Shown piece by piece: positions 25,230-33,887 of a DNA stretch of 33,887 bases (position 1 is its first letter; every line of letters starts with the position of its first letter). Position numbers and translations under genes: made by a program. The notes under the pieces were generated by a model, which worked only from the letters and a program-made list of their open reading frames with translations, ran no database searches and had not been told where the DNA came from. Location: NCBI RefSeq assembly GCF_001194135.2, contig NC_068986.1:70028011-70061897 (forward strand). Reading direction: 5' to 3'. Origin of the DNA: Octopus bimaculoides (taxonomy: Eukaryota).

Positions 25230-25690
25230 AACGTTGTGTTGATTTAATATTTAGAAGGAACATAAAGAGTCATGACGTTTCGGACGCAGGTCTTTCATTA
25301 GAAGCAAGTGAGGAAAAAATAAAAGAGAATGAATGAGAAAATGTGATTGGAGAAGTAAACAATGAATGTGTTAGGAGCCAGATGGAAATGTAGTTTTATG
25401 CAGTAGTTAAGAAAGGAGGATAGGTGGGTTTCATGTACATGAGTGCATCTATGAATTGAGTACAATACAGAGAGTGTATGTAGTTTTAGGGATGTATGTA
25501 GGTATGTAGAGGTGAGCAAGTGTGGGTGTGAAGTAGAGTGGGGTAGTTGGGGTGTAGTTTGTGTGTAGATATAATCGTATTGTGTGCGCAGTGAATACGT
25601 GAATTAGAAGGTGACAAGGTGTGAGTGTGAAATGAAATGGGTGGCAAGACGAAAGTAGTGTTTATGATAAAACATTGATGGAAATATATA
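25230..25690 (-). mobile_element. Penelope-like element 3' remnant
   Basis: Minus strand CTAATGAAAGACCTGCGTCCGAAACGTC (25274-25301) matches the CTGANGA-stem-CGAAACGT signature of Penelope-like LTRs. An upstream FRLATHF peptide weakly resembles the GIY-YIG C-terminal region. Confidence 0.6.
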
Positions 25691-25737
25691 TATCAAGTTT
25701 AAATAGAGCTCAATACTGATCCATTGAAAATACTTTA

Positions 25738-25738
25738 T

Positions 25739-25821
<83 letters not shown>
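25738..25821. repeat. (AAT)n microsatellite
   Basis: Direct reading. Confidence 0.98.
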
Positions 25822-25824
<3 letters not shown>

Positions 25825-26432
25825 AAATGACCTGTGAGTATTTTGCTAAGATTGTTAACAGATACTATATTCTTTTGCCAAATTTTTNNNNNNNNNNNNN
25901 NNNNNNNNNNNNNNNNNNNNNNNNNNNNNNNNNNNNNNNNNNNNNNNNNNNNNNNNNNNNNNNNNNNNNNNNNNNNNNNNNNNNNNNNNNNNNNNNNNNN
26001 NNNNNNNNNNNNNNNNNNNNNNNNNNNNNNNNNNNNNNNNNNNNNNNNNNNNNNNNNNNNNNNNNNNNNNNNNNNNNNNNNNNNNNNNNNNNNNNNNNNN
26101 NNNNNNNNNNNNNNNNNNNNNNNNNNNNNNNNNNNNNNNNNNNNNNNNNNNNNNNNNNNNNNNNNNNNNNNNNNNNNNNNNNNNNNNNNNNNNNNNNNNN
26201 NNNNNNNNNNNNNNNNNNNNNNNNNNNNNNNNNNNNNNNNNNNNNNNNNNNNNNNNNNNNNNNNNNNNNNNNNNNNNNNNNNNNNNNNNNNNNNNNNNNN
26301 NNNNNNNNNNNNNNNNNNNNNNNNNNNNNNNNNNNNNNNNNNNNNNNNNNNNNNNNNNNNNNNNNNNNNNNNNNNNNNNNNNNNNNNNNNNNNNNNNNNN
26401 NNNNNNNNNATATATATATATATATATATATA

Positions 26433-26593
26433 CAATGGTTTTCTTTGTTTCTGTCAGCCAATTCTATTCACGAGGGTTTAGTCGGGCCGATGCTATAGTA
26501 CAAGACATTTTGCTGCGGGGAGACGCAGCAGGACTAAACCCGGAACCATGTGGTTGAGAAGCAAACTTCTTACCAAACAGTAATGCCCGCGCC
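26433..26593 (-). mobile_element. SINE family B head
   Basis: GGACTAAACCCGGAACCATGTGGTTG..CTTCTTACCA..CCCGCGCC is the reverse complement of the family B head. Confidence 0.88.
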
Positions 26594-26604
26594 AATATAT
26601 GTAT

Positions 26605-26606
<2 letters not shown>

Positions 26607-26664
<58 letters not shown>

Positions 26665-26725
26665 GTAGGTAGGTAGGTAGGTAGGTAGGTAGGTAGTTAG
26701 GTAGGTAGGTAGGTAGGTAGGTAGG
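26607..26725. repeat. (GATA)n-(GGTA)n tetranucleotide array
   Basis: Direct reading. Confidence 0.97.
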
Positions 26726-27126
26726 TTTGTATGTATAGTTGTAACAATACTGATAATCCTTTCTACTATAGGCACAAGGCCTGAAATTTCAGTGACTCAC
26801 TGTACACACACTTGCTACCGACTATAACTGAGCTTGCGCGGCGGATTTGAAATATTATAATGTATAAAGATCAGACATGTGCTCTCTATTTATCCCATAA
26901 TTATACGTTAATTATTAGCGCCCGTGCTGATAAAGAATACGGATAACAAATTATCTTATTTGTTCATTAATGTTCGAAACCTAGGTACAAGTGGTAACAA
27001 TTGAAAATGTTTTTTTTTATTTTTCATCCCTTTCGAAATTATTCTTAACCGTGGTTTGGACTTTGACTGTTCCTTTATCATGTAAGGTGTCCTGTTAAGG
27101 TCACCTCTTTTGTGTATGAATGTACA

Positions 27127-27166
<40 letters not shown>

Positions 27167-27319
27167 TAAATATATAATTTAGAGAAAAAAAAACACAATT
27201 ATTTAATTCATCTATGAAAATCCACAATCACATATAGAAAAATTTAATAAGTAAATACACTAAAAAGACCTATAATAAAAATTAAAAAGTGCAAAGTGAT
27301 AAATATTAAAATAGTAAAA

Positions 27320-27510
27320 TGTGTGTGTGTCTTTGTGTTTGTACCCCCACTCCCACGTCCCTGTAACATAGCCATTCGGCAATAGATCTCAATACAATAA
27401 ATACCAAACTTAAAATCGTAAGTACTGGGGTCGATTTGTTTGACAAAACCGTTCAAGGTGTGGCTCCAATACGACCGCTTCTCAATGACTGAAACAAGTA
27501 AAAGATTGAA
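27320..27510 (+). mobile_element. SINE family B 3' half
   Basis: AAGTACTGGGGTCGATTTGTTTGAC..CAATGACTGAAACAAGTAAAAGA. Confidence 0.85.
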
Positions 27511-27832
27511 TAATGCATGATAAAAATGTTAACGATATTAAGATATAGTAGAAATGGAATGCGAAATATTTATCGAAATTTGATAGATGGGTACATCAAG
27601 AATGCTTGATTTATTATTGTGGTTATATTTATTATGTATTTATAGAAATATTTAAATTTACCAGTCTGATTATTTCTGCATTTATGAGAAGATTATTCAT
27701 TGTTTTGTAACAAAAGACTTTAGTTAAATGATCCAGTTTGATATTTGAATATTCAATGTAAGAAGTTAGCTTGGTGTTTGTGCGTGAATTTAAGCAATTT
27801 TTAACCGATATTGTCGATACAGAAAGTTCATA

Positions 27833-28052
27833 AAGCCGGCGAACTAGCTGAATCGTTACAGCACTGGAAAAAATGTGCTTAGCGGCATTTCTCTCAATTT
27901 CCGTTCTGAGTTCAAATCCCACCGGGGGGCGAACATGCTTTTCATCCTTCAGAGTCGATAAAATAATTACCAGTTGAACACTGGGGACGATGTAATCGGC
28001 TTACCCACTCCACCGAAACTGCTGGCCTTGTGGTAAGATTTGAAACCAATAT
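27833..28052 (+). mobile_element. SINE family A, full length
   Basis: Head, GAGTTCAAATCCC B box, central block and CCTTGTGGTAAGATTTGAAACCAAT tail. Confidence 0.9.
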
Positions 28053-28063
28053 ATAAAGCTCAC

Positions 28064-28100
28064 AAGGCGGCGAGCTGGCAGAAACGTTAGCACGCCAGGC
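28064..28100 (+). mobile_element. SINE family A head only, 3'-truncated
   Basis: AAGGCGGCGAGCTGGCAGAAACGTTAGCACGCCAGGC then abrupt loss of similarity. Confidence 0.88.
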
Positions 28101-29587
28101 AAATATTGCCGTATTGTATAAAGTTAAACTTTAGGATAGTCAAGAACATTATTAAGAATGATTTATAACAAAAGAATAAAACTTCTTTGAATACTTTTAA
28201 GTATATACCAAAATTTTACCACAATAGAGGGAGGAAAAGAAAATTACATAGAAATAGTTTAATATTTACACTTATTATTTATCTAAATATTAACTTATTA
28301 GATGGTATCTATGGAGATTGATCAATTGGATTTAACTGGTATTTAATAAAGGAGCACTGAGGCTAAAGAACATATTAACTATATACTAATTTAATTAAAC
28401 TGAATTATTTTAAGTTGTGGAGACACCGGTATTGTCTTATATAAGCTAAGAATGGATTAATAGGGGTACACAGATTAGAATTTATTAAAGGCTATAATGA
28501 AATAATAAAATGATCAGGTGGGGTAGTGCACCATTTTTGTTGTTGGCACTCCGTCGCTTACGACGTCGAGGGTTCCAGTTGATCCGATCAACGGAACAGC
28601 CTGCTCGTGAAATTAACGTGCAAGTGGCTGAGCACTCCACAGACACGTGTACCCTTAACGCAGTTCTCGGGGATATTCAGCGTGACACAGTGTGACAAGG
28701 CTGACCCTTTGAATTACAGGCGCAACAGAGACAGGAAGTAAGAGTGAGAGAAAGTTGTGGTGGAAGAGTACAACAGGGTTGGCCACCATCCCCTAGAAAA
28801 GGAATAGAGATAGCCTAATCACTAAAACCATAATAAAGCATATATACCTTATTAACTTCAATAAAGAAGATTTATAGAAAATGTATAATAATTTAAGTAT
28901 TATGAGCTAAAAATTGTTTATTAACTTATTTAGCTTATTACAATCAAGACTGATACCTGGTATTGGTTAAAAGACTATTGTTGTTAAAAGGACATGCTAA
29001 TTATATACTAACATTAAATGAAGAGGTATAATATAGGTTTTAAAAGATTTTAGTGTTAATCCGTACATGATATTACAGTTTCTTAGGGGTACTTAATTAG
29101 AAGGGTTGCTTGTATAAAGGTCAATATAAATACTAAGATCAAGAGGATGGAACACTTTAAGAAAGAGATAAAAACACTTAAGTATTGAAACTATTTTAAA
29201 CAATATAGCCATATTGTATAAATTAAAATTTAGGGTTATCAAGAAGGTGAAAGAACAAATTTACTATAAATTAATTAATTTATAATCAAAGCAGTTTAAC
29301 TCTAAGTTGTGAAGATACCCATATTGTTCTATATAAGCTAAGTATGAATTTATAGTGGTACAAAGATTTAGGTTTATCTAAAGGCAATTATAAAGTATTA
29401 ACAAGTATTAAAATGATCAGGTAGGGTAGAACACCATAGAAATGGATATAAAATAGCTTAATCACTAAAAACCATGATGAAGTATATATACAACTTAGTA
29501 ACATGTATAATAATTCAAGTATTTAGAACTAAAATATTTTTTATTTACTTATTTAGCTTATATCTATAATGACTGATACCCTGTATT
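28101..29587. repeat. Diverged AT-rich direct duplication (copy 1 28101-28965, copy 2 29201-29587)
   Basis: Collinear blocks include TAAGTTGTG.AGA.ACC..TATTGT..TATATAAGCTAAG, AAAATGATCAGGT.GGGTAG..CACCAT, TAATCACTAAAACCAT.AT.AAG.ATATATAC and GACTGATACC. Confidence 0.9.
28535..28794 (-). mobile_element. SINE family C, 5'-truncated, young
   Basis: GC-rich block ending (minus strand) in GACGGAGTGCCAACAACAAAA; absent from the paralogous site in copy 2 of the duplication; a diverged relative lies at about 20815-20900. Confidence 0.85.
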
Positions 29588-29900
29588 ACTATACATAGTA
29601 AAAGAAGGATTCAGATAGGATCAGGCACTTGAAAAGATATACACAAGGTAGGGTTTGATAAACTTGTGGTTCTGACCTATGGATGGTATCAAATAGGACA
29701 TTCCGGTTGTGTACACACAGAAAACCAACCCTATTATTATTTAGCGCCTAGGGGCTTGTGCAAATTATGCGCATCTTTGAATAGTAAGTTGTTGGTATAC
29801 TTTAGGGTGTCCAACAAGTTGTAAATCTCCCTTGGTGTGTTATAATCAAATAAATGAATAGCACGATGGATAATTGTCATCGTATGTTGTAATTCATTTG

Positions 29901-30262
29901 TGTGGAGGTGTGATAAGAAGCTTGGTTCCGGTTTCAGTCCCACTGCGTGACACCTTGGGCAAGTGTCTTCTACTATAGCCTCGAGTCGACCAAAGCCTTG
30001 TGAGTGAATTTGGTAGACGGAAAATGAAAAGAAGACTGTCATATGCATGTATGTTTGTGTCTGTCTGTGTTTGTCCTCCAACCATCGCTTGACGGCGGAT
30101 GTTGGTGTGTTTGCGTCCCCATAGCTTAGCGGTTCGGCAAAAGAGATCGATAGAATAAGTACCAGGCTTACAAAGAATAAGTCTTGTGGTCGATTTGTTG
30201 GACTAAAGGCGGTGCTTCAATATGGCCGCAGTCAAATGACTGAAACAAGTAAAAGAATAAAA
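29901..30262 (+). mobile_element. SINE family B, near full length
   Basis: Collinear with 5963-6368 from GTGTGATAAGAAG to GACTGAAACAAGTAAAAGAATAAAAG. Confidence 0.93.
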
Positions 30263-30299
30263 GTATATATACATATATATATATATACATATATATATA

Positions 30300-30458
30300 T
30301 GACGGGTTACCATGCCGTTTCCGTTTGCTAAATTCACTCACAAAGTATTGGACGAACCAGTGTTACAATAGAAGATACATAACGCGCAGTGAAACTAAAT
30401 CCGAAACCACGTGGTTAAAAAGCGAGCTTCTTCCCCACACAGCTATGCTGCGCCTATA
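30300..30458 (-). mobile_element. SINE family B head, diverged
   Basis: TTTCCGTTTGCTAAATTCACTCACAAAG..GAAACCACGTGGTT..CTTCTTCCCCACACAGCTATGCTGCGCC. Confidence 0.85.
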
Positions 30459-31025
30459 GTGATTTTTCAAAACATATATATAAGCATTTCAGTTTCACCA
30501 TTCATAATACACATAATGCAATAATTGATATAAATCATTGTCGATATGGAATAAAGAAAATATGTAGTCATCCATTTATTAGTTTCACACATTTGTCTAA
30601 AATCACATTACTGCTCAGTCATATAGTGTTTCATTATAAGGACAGAAATTCCTACATATTTCTTTTCCCATTGCATACTTGTTGGTTTGTTTTACAGTCA
30701 TCTCAAACTACAACTAATCGTCTTTATTCAACTAAACGTTTTTCCTCAGAATATCTTTAGAATGTGATAAATCGTCACACGCGCACTCGTGTTTTCTATC
30801 GTAAACCCAGATACACACAAGCATATGTAATGATGATGGCCACTTGATTCTATTATTTCATTACTGCGACAAGCTAGTTACATAAAGGCACTTCGAACAG
30901 TAATCGACATTTTCAGTTATAGTAAATATAATCATCTAAGTTGGATTGAGTTCTTTACTTAAGCTGATGTGCTTCTCTCAAACGAACAAAATTTTGAAGA
31001 ATAAAATTTATGTCATATATATAAG

Positions 31026-31189
31026 ATGCAGGCGTGGCTGTGTGATAAGAGTTAGCATTCAAACCACACGGTCCCGGGTTCAGTCCCACAGCGGGTTACC
31101 TTGGGCAATTGTCGTGTACTATAGCTTTTGGCTGACCAAATCCTTGTGAATGGATTTCGTAAGCAGAAACTAAAAGAATCCGTCGTATA
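31026..31189 (+). mobile_element. SINE family B head
   Basis: CAGGCGTGGCTGTGTGATAAG..GGGTTCAGTCCCAC..CCTTGGGCAA..CCGTCGTATA. Confidence 0.9.
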
Positions 31190-31871
31190 AGATAGATAGA
31201 TAGATAGATGAATAAGGGAGGAAGGGGTGATGTCATAGTTTTTTCATAGCTCCCATGGTTACCGAGATAATTTACTATAATAATACTCTTGTGTTTGTGA
31301 ATGAGAAAGGAAGGGGTGATAGATGAATAAGGAAGGAAGGGGTGATGCTATACTTGGTAGTGGGATGATGAAAATTGTACGCTGGAAAAATAAATCAAAC
31401 AGCGTTTCAACTCATATGTGTGTGTATGTAAAATGGGGGGTATGTGAATGTGTGTGTGTGTGCATGTGTGTGTGTGTTTGTGTGTGTGTGTATGCGTGTT
31501 CGCGTGCAATGGAAGTGGGATGGTTCATACTTGTTCGCTTAGTANNNNNNNNNNNNNNNNNNNNNNNNNNNNNNNNNNNNNNNNNNNNNNNNNNNNNNNN
31601 NNNNNNNNNNNNNNNNNNNNNNNNNNNNNNNNNNNNNNNNNNNNNNNNNNNNNNNNNNNNNNNNNNNNNNNNNNNNNNNNNNNNNNNNNNNNNNNNNNNN
31701 NNNNNNNNNNNNNNNNNNNNNNNNNNNNNNNNNNNNNNNNNNNNNNNNNNNNNNNNNNNNNNNNNNNNNNNNNNNNNNNNNNNNNNNNNNNNNNNNNNNN
31801 NNNNNNNNNNNNNNNNNNNNNNNNNNNNNNNNNNNNNNNNNNNNNNNNNNNNNNNNNNNNNNNNNNNNNNN

Positions 31872-31939
<68 letters not shown>

Positions 31940-32057
31940 GTGTGCGTGTGTGTGTATGTATATATGTATACGCGCGCGCAAATAAGCACATACATGCAAA
32001 ACAAGGAAGAAGAAATAGTAGTCGAATACCGAAAGCAGAGTGGTAGACCTTTATTAA

Positions 32058-32319
32058 GGCCGAAACAATCTTCAGAAAGTGTTACTCAGAGTTTAAGTAA
32101 AGAACTCAATCTAACTTAGACAATTATATTTACTATAACTGAGTTTACTATAACAAAGTTTCACGTTACCACTCGTCGGACAGTTGTGATCAGTATGATT
32201 ACAATTGTCCGACGAACAGCAACAGGAAACTGTGAGTAACGTTTTATAAAAAAAAATAATAATAGTGAAATTATTGTATACAGTGCTGAGGAGCACTACA
32301 CCTGAAGATTTTTTCGGCA
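32058..32319. mobile_element. Fold-back MITE flanked by TTAA (Kolobok-like)
   Basis: TTAA|GGCCGAAACAATCTTCAG...CTGAAGATTTTTTCGGCA|TTAA. The inverted ends match at 23/25 positions over 32051-32075 and 32302-32326, with a central 20-bp hairpin. TTAA flanks with an RR start fit Kolobok rather than piggyBac (inference). Confidence 0.7.
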
Positions 32320-32383
32320 TTAATAATTATATATAAACATATAAATATTCCGCATTAATAATTATATATATATATATAATATA

Positions 32384-32737
32384 CACGAAGAGAAAGCCAG
32401 CATATGGATTTCTTACATGCTAAAAATGGTAGTCGAAGCCTAAAACCACCGAAGAATATTCGGTACGTATTGCAGTTTTATTTTTATGCATTTAAATTAG
32501 TGACCTTACTGATCAGCTACGGTTGATTAAATAAGAAATTAATTAGCTTATTAATTGATTTATTTGGTCAGTAATAGCGAAACTTGTATGTATAAGGTTT
32601 ACTATATTTTATTCACTCGAATGTCTTGCTCGCGTGCAATTCAACATGCTTTAATATCAGAATATTCTTTCGTGGTTTTAGGCTTCGATTGCCATTTTTA
32701 GCATGTAAGAAATCCATATGGTGGTTTTCTCTTCGTG
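32384..32737. mobile_element. Tc1/mariner-type MITE, about 80-bp TIRs, TA flanks
   Basis: TA|CACGAAGAGAAAGCCAGCATATGGATTTCTTACATGCTAAAAATGG... and its near-perfect reverse complement ending ...TTCTCTTCGTG|TA; the interior is also partly palindromic. Confidence 0.9.
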
Positions 32738-33316
32738 TATGTTTCATACACAATTATGTTTTTAAATATTTATGTCTCCTGACTCTTATTACGAATGTTA
32801 CACGATTACAAATACAAGCAACAAAAATAACAACAGGTGTCTTTCGACTAAAAGGACAAGTTAAGCTGACGTGTGAAGTGGAAGCCTTACGGCAACATAG
32901 ATGAAAGTCAGGAGACAGGAAAATAAGGTGTTGTGCGAGCGGCAATCAGGTCAAGCTAGAAAGATCATGCTTGGCCGAGCACCAGTCACGTGGGAGAAAC
33001 GGAGAGAGATAGGAAGAATTAGGAAAGGAACTAGAGAGAGAGAAGGGTGAAGGTACAAGGGAGATAACAGAAGAAAGTACAGAGATTAAAGAAAGAGAAT
33101 ACCAAGAAATGTGAGACAGGGGAAGCAAGAAAAGGAAAATGGAAAGAAAGAGAATGCCAAGAAAGTGAGAGGGGAGCGAGAAAAAGAAAAGAGGAAAGAA
33201 ACAAGAAAGTCCTACAGAATTTAGATATATACTTACAAGCTGAGCAAAAGGTTACGTACGTCGCTATATGTCTATATAAATCCAAACATATACATACATA
33301 CATAAATACATACATA

Positions 33317-33347
<31 letters not shown>

Positions 33348-33391
33348 ATTATATATGTGTGTCTCTGTGTGTGCGCGCGTGTGTGTGTATA

Positions 33392-33864
33392 CAGACACAC
33401 ACCATGTGTCGGTAGACAGCTGGAAAAGATGTTTTCCTGGAGTTAGAAAGTTAGTAACATCGTCTGCGTAAGACTGCCACATTGTGTTGGCAAATAGACT
33501 TTAATGTACAGTACTGTTGTTACATATTTCTCGAGCAGACATTTAAAATTAGTTACTTTTCTCTTTACGAGATCAGCGATGGTGTGTCGCTTTAAAAGTA
33601 TATATCGCGAACGAGGTCGAGTGGCTGCCACCTCTGACCAGCGATTGCTCTGTACCGAGGAAGAGAAATAACCCAGAAACCATTGGTCTACAGATATCAC
33701 TAGGGCTAGAAAGGGAGTAATAAATTCCCTTGCTCACAGTATACGGACACAGACCATGTGTTGGTAGGCAGCTGGAAAAGATGTTTTCCTGAGGCCAAAA
33801 TGTAGTAACATCGTCCTGCTTAGGGCTACCACATTGTGTTGGCAGATAGACTTTAATGTGTCTG
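33392..33864. repeat. Two diverged direct copies of a ~120-bp unit, offset 352 bp
   Basis: ACCATGTGT.GGTAG.CAGCTGGAAAAGATGTTTTCCTG..AGTAACATCGTC..CCACATTGTGTTGGCA.ATAGACTTTAATGT, starting at 33401 and 33753. Confidence 0.9.
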
Positions 33865-33887
33865 TATATATATATATATATATATAT

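Noticed and set aside
28101-29900. Nuclear mitochondrial insertion (NUMT) hypothesis for the AT-rich block
   Set aside because: Spot translations with TGA read as Trp gave nothing resembling a mitochondrial protein, and I saw no mt-tRNA or rRNA features.
32030-32075. Decayed hammerhead reading of GACCTT-TATT-AAGGCC-GAAAC
   Set aside because: No CUGANGA core upstream; the sequence is better explained as the TTAA-flanked left TIR mirrored at 32302-32326.
32950-33230. Purine-rich stretch giving S/F/L-rich minus-strand ORFs
   Set aside because: Low-complexity GA-rich sequence, probably a degenerate microsatellite or retroelement UTR.

Overview
Eukaryotic, AT-rich, repeat-dense non-coding DNA from a gapped short-read assembly, with 8 N-gaps totalling about 2.3 kb. 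The SINE families strongly suggest an octopus (coleoid cephalopod) genome; this is an inference from recognising the repeats, not a database result. I found no protein-coding gene, rRNA, tRNA or CRISPR array that I can support. Nearly all listed ORFs come from microsatellites, N-gaps or SINE read-through. The window contains about 20 copies or fragments of three SINE families, decayed LINE pieces (L1/Tx1-like, CR1-like, L2-like RT motifs), two mariner/Tc1 3' ends and Penelope-like remnants with decayed hammerhead-like motifs. It also has two adjacent fold-back MITEs, a diverged AT-rich duplication that preserves an empty SINE insertion site, a 15-bp minisatellite and many microsatellites. I did not find a convincing new biological system. 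The best leads are RNA-structure and transposon observations at 32.0-32.7 kb, 25.3 kb, 4.3 kb and 28.1-29.6 kb.
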